Shown: positions 41,214 to 51,266, counted from the first letter of the stretch. The stretch: 64,000 bases of DNA from an uncultured delta proteobacterium (GCA_963811025.1 CAWEPX010000033.1:144583-208582); one strand, 5' to 3'. The notes: generated from the letters alone by a model not told the origin. Program-made: numbers and translations.

Positions 41214-41432
41214 GTTTGCTCCTTTCCGGCCCGGACAGGGTAACCCTGCTGCTATTTTTACACGTAACGTGCCGGAACCGAAGTTCCGATACACAGGACG
41301 TGAGGAGGAAGATGACCATGACGATCGATGTGGACCCGGACGCCGGCGAGATCTTCGTCAAGGATGATGCCGGCAACGAGCGCCCGGTGAAGTCCATCGT
41401 GGCATCCCGGCGCCTGGTAATATTGTGCCCGC

Positions 41433-41957
41433 CTACGGATAGTTTTCTCCGTAATCCGTCGTTTCCCGGAGAACCTTCTCTTCCAGACGAATTCGCTGCC
41501 GGAGCACGACAAGGTTGGCCAGGGAAAACGCGACGAGCGTGAACGGCGCGCGCAGAAGGAGGGGAAAAAGGAGAAACTCCAGCACGATGACGAGGTAGTT
41601 CGGATGCCGGAAGAACCGGTAGGGGCCGGCCCGGGAGACCTTGCCGCCCGGGACGGAGACGATCCGTGTCGTCCACCTTCCCCCCAGCGCCGAGATGCTT
41701 GCGTATCGCAGGGCGGTAACGGCGACAAGCCCGGCAAGGCAGGCGGTTGTCCTCGTGTCCAAGGGCACGCGCCACGGGTACGACTCCCAGGCAAGGGAAA
41801 GGAAGAAAAACGTGTGGAGGCTTACCATGACGGGATACGTTTCCGGGTAGAATTCCTTCCCGCCCCGGGCGATCAGGGCACGCCTGTTGCGCCGGCAAAG
41901 CGCGAGCTCGCCCATCCGCTGGAGAAAGAGCACCGCCAGGATCCACGCGAAGGACAT
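41433..41957 (-). CDS. Isoprenylcysteine carboxyl methyltransferase (ICMT)-family membrane methyltransferase
   Basis: 'YRFFRHPNYLVIVLEFLLFPL' is the ICMT/PEMT motif. Four TM helices. Confidence 0.65.
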   Translation of the reverse strand: MSFAWILAVLFLQRMGELALCRRNRRALIARGGKEFYPETYPVMVSLHTFFFLSLAWESYPWRVPLDTRTTACLAGLVAVTALRYASISALGGRWTTRIVSVPGGKVSRAGPYRFFRHPNYLVIVLEFLLFPLLLRAPFTLVAFSLANLVVLRQRIRLEEKVLRETTDYGENYP

Positions 41958-42150
41958 GACCCCTGCCGCTCCCCCCGAACGTGTTAGAATCCCACCTATT
42001 ATACGAGGGATAACGGCTCATACGAGGGACAACAGCGATTCCCCCGGGGAGTCTCCCGCCACGATGACGTTTCCCCGCTTTTCGAATTTCCTTTGCCGTT
42101 TCTTCGTCCTGTCGCGGGAGCCGAAACGATCCGTCAAGGAGACGCCGTTC

Positions 42151-42741
42151 ATGATGAAGGTGGCGAGAATGGCGGTTGTTTTCCTTCTGGTGCTTGCCGC
42201 CTCCGCCCGGGCCGGGGAGCTAAAGGGTACGTGCTCCTTGCGGTTCGCGGGGGTTTCCACCCTGCACGATTTTACGGGAACCGTCCGTTGCCAGCCTTTC
42301 TCCGCGGACCTTGTGATGGGCCCGGACGGGGGGACGAGGATTCCCCACGTGGAAGTCGACGTCCAGGTACGGGAAATGGACACCGGGAACGATACCCGGG
42401 ACGGACAGATGCGGGAGATGTTCCAGAGCGACAGGTACCCGGTTATCCACGGAACCGTCAGAGAGATCGACGTGGACGGGATTCGGCGGGATATCGGGAA
42501 AGAAGGGGGAGGAAAGGCGTTCTTCGATCTGACGCTCGGGATACGGGATGTGGAAAGAACCATCCATGCCGCGGTGACAAACTTCCGGGAAGAAGGGAAC
42601 CGGGTCGGCTTCGACGTGGAATTCCCCATATCGCTTGCGGATTACGGCCTGAAGGCCCCGTCGTTTCTCGGGATATTCAGGGTTCGCGACAAGGTTACCG
42701 TAACGGGGAACGTCCGGCTGGAAGTTTCATCCAAGCAGTAG
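42151..42741 (+). CDS. YceI-family periplasmic (polyisoprenoid/lipid-binding) protein
   Basis: Signal peptide 'MMKVARMAVVFLLVLAASARA'. 'FAGVSTLHDFTGTV...FDLTLGIRDVERTIHAAV...ADYGL' is a YceI-like pattern. Confidence 0.75.
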   Translation: MMKVARMAVVFLLVLAASARAGELKGTCSLRFAGVSTLHDFTGTVRCQPFSADLVMGPDGGTRIPHVEVDVQVREMDTGNDTRDGQMREMFQSDRYPVIHGTVREIDVDGIRRDIGKEGGGKAFFDLTLGIRDVERTIHAAVTNFREEGNRVGFDVEFPISLADYGLKAPSFLGIFRVRDKVTVTGNVRLEVSSKQ

Positions 42742-42780
42742 GACCGCAGAGGGAAACGCTGGGCGCCGGGGGTAACGTTC

Positions 42781-43944
42781 ATGGCGGTGTGGATTCATCG
42801 GATCGATTCGCTTCTGCCGGATTTCTCCTTCACCCAGGAAGAGGCGAGCGCAAAGATGCAGGAGTGGGCCCGGGACGAGCGGGAAAGGCGTCTCATCCGG
42901 GCCATCTATCGGAGCTCCGGCATCGAGCGCCGGCACGCAGTCATAAGGAATTACGACGGCGATGCCCCCGACAGCTTCTTCCGGGCAGGTCCCGACGGGA
43001 GCATGAAAGGGCCGGGCACCGCAGCGCGAAACGCCATCTTTGCCTCCGAGTCCCGGCATCTCTCGGTAGCCCTGGCGCGAAAAACACTGGACAACTGCCC
43101 CGGGGTCGATGCGGGAGACGTAACGCACGTCGTCACGGTCTCCTGTACGGGCTTCTACAACCCCGGGCCCGACTACTACATCGTGCGCGACCTCGGGATG
43201 TCCCTCGGCACCGAACGATACCACCTGGGGTTCATGGGTTGCTACGCTGCCGTCCCGGCGCTGCGGATGGCAGTCCGGTTCTGCGAGGCGGATCCCGGCG
43301 CCGTCGTCCTGGTCCAGTGCCTCGAATTGTGTTCCCTGCATCTCAAGCTGTCCGGCACGGAGGACATGATCCTCGCGAACTCGCTTTTCTCGGACGGGGC
43401 GGCCGCCGCGATCGTAAGCGCGAGGGAGCCGGCCCCTGGCCAAAGCGCGTACCGGATCGACGGATTCCACAGCACGCTTGTGCCCGGCGGCGAGCAGGAT
43501 ATGGCCTGGCGCATCGGGGACAACGGCTTCGACATCGCTCTTTCCAGCTACGTTCCGAAGATCATCGGCGCCAACCTCCGGGAGTTCGTCGAGCCGTCTC
43601 TTTCCGTAACCGGCATGTCGATCGCCGACGTGGACCTCTGGGCCATCCACCCGGGGGGGAAATCCATCATCGACCAGGCGCAGAGGTGCCTGTCCCTGCG
43701 GCCGGAACAGGTTCGGGAGTCGCGCGAGGTGCTTCGCAAGTACGGCAACATGAGCAGCGTTTCCATCCTCTTCGTGCTCGCGGAGATCCTGGAACGGCAG
43801 GGCGAGGCCGGCGAGGAAACGGTCTGCGCCGTTGCTTTCGGCCCGGGACTGACGGTGGAAATGGCCCTCCTGTCGGTCCTTCGGACCGCGTCCGGTATCC
43901 GGGACGACCGGGCGGGAAGGGAACGTTCGGCCGTCAAGGTCTGA
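42781..43944 (+). CDS. Type III polyketide synthase (chalcone/stilbene synthase family)
   Basis: Cys-His-Asn triad contexts 'VVTVSCTGFYNPG', 'WAIHPGGKSII', 'YGNMSSVSILFVL'. Length 387 aa. Confidence 0.85.
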   Translation: MAVWIHRIDSLLPDFSFTQEEASAKMQEWARDERERRLIRAIYRSSGIERRHAVIRNYDGDAPDSFFRAGPDGSMKGPGTAARNAIFASESRHLSVALARKTLDNCPGVDAGDVTHVVTVSCTGFYNPGPDYYIVRDLGMSLGTERYHLGFMGCYAAVPALRMAVRFCEADPGAVVLVQCLELCSLHLKLSGTEDMILANSLFSDGAAAAIVSAREPAPGQSAYRIDGFHSTLVPGGEQDMAWRIGDNGFDIALSSYVPKIIGANLREFVEPSLSVTGMSIADVDLWAIHPGGKSIIDQAQRCLSLRPEQVRESREVLRKYGNMSSVSILFVLAEILERQGEAGEETVCAVAFGPGLTVEMALLSVLRTASGIRDDRAGRERSAVKV

Positions 43945-44037
43945 CCTTCCCGATGCATACGCGGAATCCTTCCCCGCTCCCGGTCTTCCGAAGGAAGGGG
44001 AATGTTGGAAAGGGACAGCGTACAGGGAGGAGGCGTC

Positions 44038-45345
44038 ATGAGGCTTTCCGTCGCCACGAATTTCGACCCGGCGCTGGTCGAGGCGATGAACGGATATCCC
44101 GTCGTGGAGCTTTTCGGAAAGCTCCGGGAGGACGCCGTCGGCGGAGGCCGGGCGCCGTACCAGCTGGCTCGCGTGTCCCGGAAGCGCCTCGCGGACCATG
44201 TGCGGCAGGCCCGCCTGGCCGGGATCGAATTCAACTATCTCCTGAACGCCTCCTGCCTCGGGAACCGGGAGATGACGAGAGCGGGGCAGAGGGAAATCGA
44301 GGAACTCGCCGGCTGGCTCTGCGGGATCGGCGTCGCCTCGGTGACGGTATCTTCGCCTTACCTGCTTACGCTCATCAAGACCCGGTATCCGGGACTCAAG
44401 GTCCGCGTTTCGGTCTTCGGCGGGGTGGACAGGGTGCGCAAAGCCCAGATGTGGGAGGAGCTGGGAGCGGACTGCATCGTGCTCGACAGCATCCTGGTCA
44501 ACCGGGAGCTCGGGGTGCTCGAACGAATCCGGAAACGTGTCCGGTGCGATCTTGCGCTGCTGGTCAACAACAACTGCCTGTCGGGATGCGCCTTCTCTCC
44601 CATGCACATGAACGCGCTTTCGCACGCCGGACAGTCGTGGAACGGGAACCGGGGATTTTTCATCGACTGGTGCTTCCTCCGGTGCACGGAGATGAAGCTG
44701 CGCGACCCGGTCAACTATCTCCGGTCGGAATGGATCCGTCCCGAAGACCTGCACGTGTACGAAGATCTCGGGTACGACCTGTTCAAGATCGCCGAGCGCG
44801 ACATCCCGACGCCGCTCATGGCAACAAGGGTCCGGGCGTATGCCGGGCGAAGGTACGACGGAAACCTCCTCGATCTCGTCCAGCCCTATGCTTTCCAGGG
44901 GGTGGAACAGAACGACCGGTATTACCGGCGCGGCCCGGCATGGATCCTGCGCTTTCTCCTGCGTCCCTTTCTTGTGAATCCCGCGCGGATGATGCTCCTC
45001 AAGCGCGTGGCCGATCTGCGGCACATGACGCGGCCTCTCACGGGGGAGGCTCCCGTCCATATCGACAACCGGGCCCTCGACGGGTTCCTGGATCGTTTCC
45101 GGGAATCCGGATGCCGCGACGTCGAATGCGAGGAATGCCGGTGGTGCCACGAATTCGTCCGGAAGGCCGTTCGGATCGACGAGGCCCACCGGGCGCAGGT
45201 CCTCAAGGCCTACGAAACGTTGTTCGGGGCGCTCGACGACGGGAGCATGTGGAGGTATCTCCCCGGAAGGGACGGCGGGGAAGGGCCGCTTTTCCCCCGA
45301 CCCTCCCTGGCGGGGGCGAGCGACGGGGGAGACGAGGAAGGGTGA
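44038..45345 (+). CDS. Peptidase U32-family protein (UbiU/UbiV/RlhA-like; putative Fe-S, O2-independent hydroxylase fold)
   Basis: RBS 'agggaggagg' then ATG. 'LSVATNFDPALVEAM...YPVVELFG...AGIEFNYLLNAS' is the U32 N-terminal pattern. Cys cluster 'NNNCLSGC...WCFLRC'. Confidence 0.7.
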   Translation: MRLSVATNFDPALVEAMNGYPVVELFGKLREDAVGGGRAPYQLARVSRKRLADHVRQARLAGIEFNYLLNASCLGNREMTRAGQREIEELAGWLCGIGVASVTVSSPYLLTLIKTRYPGLKVRVSVFGGVDRVRKAQMWEELGADCIVLDSILVNRELGVLERIRKRVRCDLALLVNNNCLSGCAFSPMHMNALSHAGQSWNGNRGFFIDWCFLRCTEMKLRDPVNYLRSEWIRPEDLHVYEDLGYDLFKIAERDIPTPLMATRVRAYAGRRYDGNLLDLVQPYAFQGVEQNDRYYRRGPAWILRFLLRPFLVNPARMMLLKRVADLRHMTRPLTGEAPVHIDNRALDGFLDRFRESGCRDVECEECRWCHEFVRKAVRIDEAHRAQVLKAYETLFGALDDGSMWRYLPGRDGGEGPLFPRPSLAGASDGGDEEG

Positions 45346-46181
45346 TGGCGCGGTTCGACCTGAAAAGCAGGGACTACCTCCGCGTCCCGGAGAGAAAAAA
45401 ACTCTACAACGAGCTTCATTTCGCCGAGGCGGCGCCGCGATACGACACGGCCACGCGCGCCATGTCGCTGTTTCGCGACGCAGCGTGGAAGAGACGACTC
45501 GTCGGCTCGCTGCCGGAGATCGCAAAGCCCTTGTGCGTGGACATCGCGTGCGGGACGGGAGACGTCTCCTTCCTCCTGGCGCAGCGGTATCCGGAAGGCC
45601 GAACCGTGGGACTGGACATCGCCGAGCCGATGCTTGGCATCGCCCGGGAGCGAAACCGGTACCCCAATCTTCGTTTCGCAAGGCAGGACATGTGCGCGAT
45701 GGAATTTCCGGAAGGATCCGTCGACGTCGTCACGGGAAGCTACGCGCTGCGCAACGCGCCGGATCTCCCGCGCGCCCTGGGCGAGATCCGGCGGATCCTG
45801 AAGCCGGCCGGCACGGCCGCTTTTCTCGATTTCTCGAAGCCCCGGTCGGCGATATTCCGGATCCCCCAATACCTGCTCCTGCGGACGTGGTGCGGCTCCT
45901 GGGGGCTGATCCTCCACGGGAACCACGAGATCCACGGGTACATCGCGGCAAGCCTTGGGGCGTTCCCGGACAGGGGCAACCTTCTCGACCTCTTCGCGCA
46001 GAGCGGTTTTGCCCTTGTCCTGGCGAAGCGGTTCTTCCTGGGGATCACGGAACTTCTCGTTTTTCGGCGCGCGGTCCGTAAGACGCAAACCAACCGGCCA
46101 ACCTGCCTGCCTATCGGCCACGGTCAAGGTCCGTCCGGCCCCGGCATCCGGCGGACGCCGACCCGCACGGGAGGAGGGTAG
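45345..46181 (+). CDS. Class I SAM-dependent methyltransferase (UbiE/MenG/COQ5-like)
   Basis: Motif I 'VDIACGTGDVSFLLA', post-I 'VGLDIAEPML', motif II 'VDVVTGSYALRNAPD'. The ATG overlaps the U32 stop (ATGA). Confidence 0.75.
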   Translation: MARFDLKSRDYLRVPERKKLYNELHFAEAAPRYDTATRAMSLFRDAAWKRRLVGSLPEIAKPLCVDIACGTGDVSFLLAQRYPEGRTVGLDIAEPMLGIARERNRYPNLRFARQDMCAMEFPEGSVDVVTGSYALRNAPDLPRALGEIRRILKPAGTAAFLDFSKPRSAIFRIPQYLLLRTWCGSWGLILHGNHEIHGYIAASLGAFPDRGNLLDLFAQSGFALVLAKRFFLGITELLVFRRAVRKTQTNRPTCLPIGHGQGPSGPGIRRTPTRTGGG

Positions 46182-46189
46182 CCCCGCTC

Positions 46190-46654
46190 CTACTTGATCT
46201 TGAGCTTCTCCCGTTCCTCGTGGACCTGCTCCGAGGTGAGCTTCTTTCCCCGCAGGGCCTTGACCTCGGCGGGTGTGATCTTCTTGTGGCCTTTGGGCAG
46301 CAGCTTCTCGTTTCCCCAGCTGGACAGGACGTAATTCAGCACCGCTGCGATCTCTTCGTCTTTCAGCTGGTCCCCGAGAGCGGGCATCTCGCCGTTGTAC
46401 TTCTTCCCCTCGACCTCGATCTCGCCCTTGAGACCGAACAGGACCACCTGGATGGGAAAGGATCGCCTGGCGTCGACAAGCTTCGCCGCGTGCCCTGCGA
46501 GGGGCGGGAAGACGCCCGCGATGCCCCCTCCGGTCGACTGATGGCAACCGAAGCACCGTCGATAGACGGCGGCGCCGTCCGCCTTGGCCAGGGCCGGGGC
46601 GGCCAGGGCCAGAGACAACACCAGAACTGCCAGAAGAGTCCATGGTTTGCGCAT
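46190..46654 (-). CDS. Class I c-type cytochrome (monoheme)
   Basis: Signal peptide 'MRKPWTLLAVLVLSLALAAPALA'. Heme motif 'CFGCH'. Met ligand region 'YNGEMPA'. Confidence 0.75.
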   Translation of the reverse strand: MRKPWTLLAVLVLSLALAAPALAKADGAAVYRRCFGCHQSTGGGIAGVFPPLAGHAAKLVDARRSFPIQVVLFGLKGEIEVEGKKYNGEMPALGDQLKDEEIAAVLNYVLSSWGNEKLLPKGHKKITPAEVKALRGKKLTSEQVHEEREKLKIK

Positions 46655-46900
46655 GAATACCTCCCGAAACCCGCCCGGGACGATGCGGGGATGATAATCG
46701 AACGATACGCCTGACGAACGGTGAAGGCAAGGATGCTGTTTTCCCGGGGTCACGTTGTCCGTGCCGGCGGCGGGGATCTCCTCCCCCACGGAGATGCGAT
46801 AGTAGCGATTCCGGAATATTCCTGTGGTAATTTTAAAACGGGCCGGGCAAAATTCCATACCTGTCGTGATAACAAACAATGCCGGAGCACGGGAAGAGAG

Positions 46901-49564
46901 ATGAGGAACCGGGACGGGCGCAATGACGGGAAGCAGATCGACCACGCGATCGCTCATTCCCTTTTCTGGGATGACGAGCGGTACATCCTGCTGATACTGC
47001 GAGAAGACGGCAGAATCATCGACGCCAACAAGAAGGCCGTCGTGTCCTATGGCTATGACAAGGACGAGTTGCTCTCCCTGCGCATCCATGACCTGCGGGA
47101 TACGGCCACCGTTCCCCTGGTGGACGAGCAGATGGCCGTGGCGGCCCGCGAGGAGGTTTTCTTCGAGACCGTGCACCGCCGCCGGGACGGGAGCACGTTT
47201 CCCGTGGAGGTCAGTTGTCGCGGGGCGGTTGTCGGGAAGGGAAAGGTCCTCCTGAGCATCGTCCGGGACATCTCCGCCCGCAAGGAATCGGAACAGCGCA
47301 TGGCCGAGGCTCTCGAGTTCAACCAGAAGATCATCGAGTCGTCCCCCCTCGCCATCCTGACCTACGACGCGTCGGGACAGTGCATTTCCACCAACGAGGC
47401 GACCGGGGCGATCATCGGAGCCTCCCGGGAGCAGATCCTCCGGCAGAACTTCCGCACGGTCGAACCGTTCCGGAAGAGCGGGGTGGTAGACCTCGCCGAA
47501 GAAGCACTGGCCAGCGGGACGGAACGTCGGATCGAGTTCCACACCGTGAGTTCTTTCGGAAAGGAAGTCTGGCTCGATACCCTCATCGTTCCTTTCACCA
47601 CCCGCGGCAAATCGCACCTGCTTATGCTCTGCGCCGACATGACGAGGCGCCGGAAGGTGGAGGAGGCTCTGCGAGCCAGCACCGAAACCCTGAGGGCGCT
47701 GATCCAGGCCGCACCGCTTGCCATCGTGGCCTTCGACCCCTCGGGAATCATCCAGTTGTGGACCCCCTCCGCCGAGCGAATGTTCGGGTGGACCGAGGAG
47801 GAGGTTGTCGGGAAATTCCATCCGATCGTCCCCGAGGAAAAGCAGGAGGAGTTCCGGGCCATCCGGGAGTCCGCGATGCAGGGGAAGACGTTCACGGGCA
47901 TGGAGCTTCGGCGCCGCCGGAAGGATGGCTCGTTCATCGACATCAGCGTTTCCACTTCTTCCCTGCGCGATGGCGACGGGCGAATCACCGGCATCATGTC
48001 CATCATCAACGACATCACCGAGAAAAAGAAATCCGAGGGGGCCCTCCTTCGCCTCGTGACGGCGGTGGAGCAATCCGCCGAGATCATCATGATCACCGGC
48101 GTCAACGGCGCCATCCAGTACGTAAACCCCGCCTTCGAGCGCATCACCGGCTACCACCGCGACGAGGTTCTCGGAAAGAACCCCCGGATTCTGAAGAGCG
48201 GCAGGCAGCCCCCCACCTTCTACGAGGAGTTGTGGGAAACCCTGAAAAGAGGCGACGTCTGGTCGGGCGTGTTCCAGAACCTGCGGAAAGACGGAACTCT
48301 TTACGAGGAGGAGGCGGTCATCTCTCCCGTGCGGGACGGAAGCGGGGAGGTGATCAATTACGTGGCGGTCAAGCGGGACGTGACGAAAGAGCGGCAGGTG
48401 GAGGAACAGCTTCGCCATGCGCAGAAGATGGAGGCCGTCGGCAAATTGGCAGGAGGTATCGCCCATGATTTCAACAACTTGTTGACGGCCATTGCCGGGT
48501 ACAGCGATCTGTTGTTGCTGCATCTCCCCGAAGGCGAAGCGGCGCACAGGGAGGTGCTCGAGATCCGGAAGGCGAGCGACCGGGCGGCTGCGCTCACGCG
48601 CCAGCTTCTGGCGTTCAGCCGGCGGCAGGTCCTCCAGCCGAAGGTGCTGGACCTGAACCAGGTGGTGATGAACATGGAGAAGATGCTTCACCGCCTGATC
48701 GGCGAGGACGTTGAGCTGATCACCAGCCTCGCGAGCGACCTCGGGCAGGTGAAGGCCGACCCGGGCCAGATCGAGCAGGTCATCGTGAATCTGGCCGTCA
48801 ACTCGCGGGATGCGATGCCGGAAGGGGGGAAACTCATCCTGGAGACGGCGAACGTGGAACTCGACGAGCACTATGCAACGCGGCACGAGTCTGCCCTCCC
48901 CGGCTCCTACGTGATGTTTGCGGTCGCCGACTCGGGATGCGGCATGGACGAGGCGACGATGTCCCGCCTCTTCGAACCGTTCTTCACGACAAAGGAAGTG
49001 GGGAAGGGGACGGGACTCGGGCTGGCGACCGTCTACGGGATCGTGAAGCAGAGCGGCGGGTACATCCGGGCGTACAGCGAGGTGGGGCGCGGAACGACGT
49101 TCAAGGTATATCTGCCGAGGGAGAAGATGGTTGCCGAACCGGTGGAGAAGGAAGATCTCCCCCTGTACTCGCCCGAGGGAGAGGAGACCGTCCTCGTCGT
49201 CGAGGACGAGAGGATGGTGCGGGACCTCGTCCGGGAGATCCTCTCCCGGCAAGGGTACGAAATGCTGGAGGCGGGCCGGGGGGCGGAAGCCCTCGAGGTG
49301 AGCGAACGACACAAGGGGCCGATCCACCTCCTGATCACCGACGTCGTGATGCCCGGGATGACCGGGCCCGAACTGGCGCGGCACCTGACCGCCCGTCGGC
49401 CTGCAACGAAAGTTCTCTTCATGTCCGGGTACACGGACGACGCCATCCTGCACCACGGGGTTCTCGAGCCCGGCACGGAATTTCTCCAGAAGCCCTTCAC
49501 GGCGGGTTCCCTGGCTGCCAAGGTTCGGCACGTCCTCGATGCATCCCGGGGCAGGAAGGCATAG
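46901..49564 (+). CDS. Multi-PAS hybrid sensor histidine kinase (PAS x4, HisKA, HATPase_c, REC)
   Basis: HisKA 'GGIAHDFNNLLTAIAGYSDLL'. HATPase 'GTGLGLATVYGIVKQSGGYIRAYSEVGRGTTFKVYLP'. REC 'TVLVVEDERMVRDLV...LLITDVVMPGMTG'. Confidence 0.85.
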   Translation: MRNRDGRNDGKQIDHAIAHSLFWDDERYILLILREDGRIIDANKKAVVSYGYDKDELLSLRIHDLRDTATVPLVDEQMAVAAREEVFFETVHRRRDGSTFPVEVSCRGAVVGKGKVLLSIVRDISARKESEQRMAEALEFNQKIIESSPLAILTYDASGQCISTNEATGAIIGASREQILRQNFRTVEPFRKSGVVDLAEEALASGTERRIEFHTVSSFGKEVWLDTLIVPFTTRGKSHLLMLCADMTRRRKVEEALRASTETLRALIQAAPLAIVAFDPSGIIQLWTPSAERMFGWTEEEVVGKFHPIVPEEKQEEFRAIRESAMQGKTFTGMELRRRRKDGSFIDISVSTSSLRDGDGRITGIMSIINDITEKKKSEGALLRLVTAVEQSAEIIMITGVNGAIQYVNPAFERITGYHRDEVLGKNPRILKSGRQPPTFYEELWETLKRGDVWSGVFQNLRKDGTLYEEEAVISPVRDGSGEVINYVAVKRDVTKERQVEEQLRHAQKMEAVGKLAGGIAHDFNNLLTAIAGYSDLLLLHLPEGEAAHREVLEIRKASDRAAALTRQLLAFSRRQVLQPKVLDLNQVVMNMEKMLHRLIGEDVELITSLASDLGQVKADPGQIEQVIVNLAVNSRDAMPEGGKLILETANVELDEHYATRHESALPGSYVMFAVADSGCGMDEATMSRLFEPFFTTKEVGKGTGLGLATVYGIVKQSGGYIRAYSEVGRGTTFKVYLPREKMVAEPVEKEDLPLYSPEGEETVLVVEDERMVRDLVREILSRQGYEMLEAGRGAEALEVSERHKGPIHLLITDVVMPGMTGPELARHLTARRPATKVLFMSGYTDDAILHHGVLEPGTEFLQKPFTAGSLAAKVRHVLDASRGRKA

Positions 49565-49590
49565 GCGGCGGACTTTCCTCGTGCCGTCGG

Positions 49591-50982
49591 TCAGAACTCC
49601 TTGAGCGCCGCGATCAGCTCGAGGACCGCCTTTTTCCCGTCTCCGAACAGCATGACCGTGTTGTCGGCGGCGAACAGGGGATTGGGGATCCCGGCAAACC
49701 CGGGGCTCAGGGAGCGTTTGATCACCACGACCGTGCGCGCCTTGTCCACGTCCAGGATGGGCATCCCGGCGATCGGGCTGTCCGGATCGGTGCGCGCCAG
49801 CGGATTCACCACGTCGTTGGCCCCGATCACGAGGGCGACGTCCGTCTGGGCGAATCCGGAGTTGGCCTCGTCCATCTCCTTGACCTTGTCGTACGGGATG
49901 TTCGCTTCCGCCAGCAGTACGTTCATGTGTCCCGGCATCCGCCCTGCCACGGGGTGGATCCCGAACTCCACCTCGCACCCACGTGATTCGAGAAGGTTGG
50001 CCAGGTCTCGCACGGCGTGCTGCGCCTGGGAGACAGCCATCCCGTACCCGGGGACGATTACCGCCCGGCGCGCCGTGTCGAACACCATCGCGACCTCCTC
50101 GGGCGAGGCCGACTTGACCCTCCCCTCGTAGATCTCCTCTCCCGGAACAGGTCCCGTTCCCACCGTACCCCCGATGCCGAACAGGACGTTTCCCAGCGAC
50201 CGGTTCATCGCCCTGCACATGATGCGGGTGAGGATGATCCCGGACGCCCCGACGAGCGAGCCGGCGATGATCAGGACATTGTTATCCAGGACGAACCCCG
50301 TGGCTGCCCCCGCGAGCCCCGAATAGGAGTTCAGCAGGGCGATCACGACGGGCATGTCCGCCCCTCCGATGGGGATCACGAGGAATACCCCCAGAATGGA
50401 TGCGACTCCCACGATCGACATGTAGTTCGCGGGGTCGTCGGGGTGCACCACCAGCAGTCCTCCCAGGAACGCGATGACGATCCCGATGGCGGCGTTGATC
50501 GAGTGCTGGCCCTTGAATACCATGGCCTGTTCGGAGATGAGCCCCTGAAGCTTTCCGAAGGCGACGAGGCTTCCCCAGAAGGTGATCGAGCCGATGATTC
50601 CGCTTGCTCCGACGGCCACCAGGAACCGGTCGGAACGCGGCTCGCCCAACGCGATCGCCTCCAGGAAGCTTGCGCCGGCCACCAGCACGGAGGCGCCGCC
50701 GCCGAACCCGTTGAAGAGGGCGACCATCTGGGGCATGGCCGTCATCGGCACCTTCACGGCGAAGGCCGCGCCGATGGCCGACCCGACCAGAAGGCCCGCG
50801 GCAACGATCTCGAAGCTTACGATCTGGCGGTCGAGCAATGTTACCGTCACGGCGAGGAGCATCCCCAACGCCCCGTAAAGATTGCCCCTGACCGCGGTCC
50901 GCGGGTGCGAAAGCCCCTTCAGGCAGAAAACGAACAGTGCCGACGCGGCAAGATAGGAGAGGTTGATCAGGGCGCCGCTCAC
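49591..50982 (-). CDS. pntB: NAD(P) transhydrogenase subunit beta
   Basis: '...VIVPGYGMAVSQAQHAV...GIHPVAGRMPGHMNVLLAEANIPYD...' The GTG start overlaps the pntAB stop. Confidence 0.85.
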   Translation of the reverse strand: MSGALINLSYLAASALFVFCLKGLSHPRTAVRGNLYGALGMLLAVTVTLLDRQIVSFEIVAAGLLVGSAIGAAFAVKVPMTAMPQMVALFNGFGGGASVLVAGASFLEAIALGEPRSDRFLVAVGASGIIGSITFWGSLVAFGKLQGLISEQAMVFKGQHSINAAIGIVIAFLGGLLVVHPDDPANYMSIVGVASILGVFLVIPIGGADMPVVIALLNSYSGLAGAATGFVLDNNVLIIAGSLVGASGIILTRIMCRAMNRSLGNVLFGIGGTVGTGPVPGEEIYEGRVKSASPEEVAMVFDTARRAVIVPGYGMAVSQAQHAVRDLANLLESRGCEVEFGIHPVAGRMPGHMNVLLAEANIPYDKVKEMDEANSGFAQTDVALVIGANDVVNPLARTDPDSPIAGMPILDVDKARTVVVIKRSLSPGFAGIPNPLFAADNTVMLFGDGKKAVLELIAALKEF

Positions 50983-51266
50983 CGGTCCTCCTTCTTCCGG
51001 AACATCCCGAGCATCCGGTGGGTGACGAGGAATCCCCCCACGACATTGACGGTGGCGAAGACCACCGCGACAAAACCCAGAACGGTCGTGAGCAGGGTAT
51101 GCTGGTGGCCGGCCGACAGCAATGCGCCGACCAGGGTGATGCCGGAGATGGCGTTTGATCCGGACATGAGCGGCGTGTGAAGCGTCGGCGGCACCTTGGT
51201 GATCACCTCGAAACCTACGAAGATGGCGAGGACGAAGATCGTAAGGCTTGTGATCAATCCCTCCAT
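50979..51266 (-). CDS. pntAB: NAD(P) transhydrogenase subunit alpha part 2 (membrane)
   Basis: 95-aa protein with three TM helices, 'SGSNAISGITLVGALL'. Confidence 0.8.
   Translation of the reverse strand: MEGLITSLTIFVLAIFVGFEVITKVPPTLHTPLMSGSNAISGITLVGALLSAGHQHTLLTTVLGFVAVVFATVNVVGGFLVTHRMLGMFRKKEDR

Noticed and set aside
42093-46181. 1362-aa ORF on the + strand spanning YceI, PKS, U32 and MT
   Set aside because: It is an artefact of high GC (long stop-free stretch in an alternative frame). It overlaps four well-supported genes in other frames, and only its last 278 codons (methyltransferase) are real.
46190-50218. 1342-aa ORF on the - strand
   Set aside because: It is antisense to the well-supported multi-PAS histidine kinase. 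Only the terminal 154 codons (cytochrome c, 46190-46654) and the separately framed pntB are genuine; the rest is a GC-rich open frame with Arg/Gly/Pro-dominated nonsense composition.
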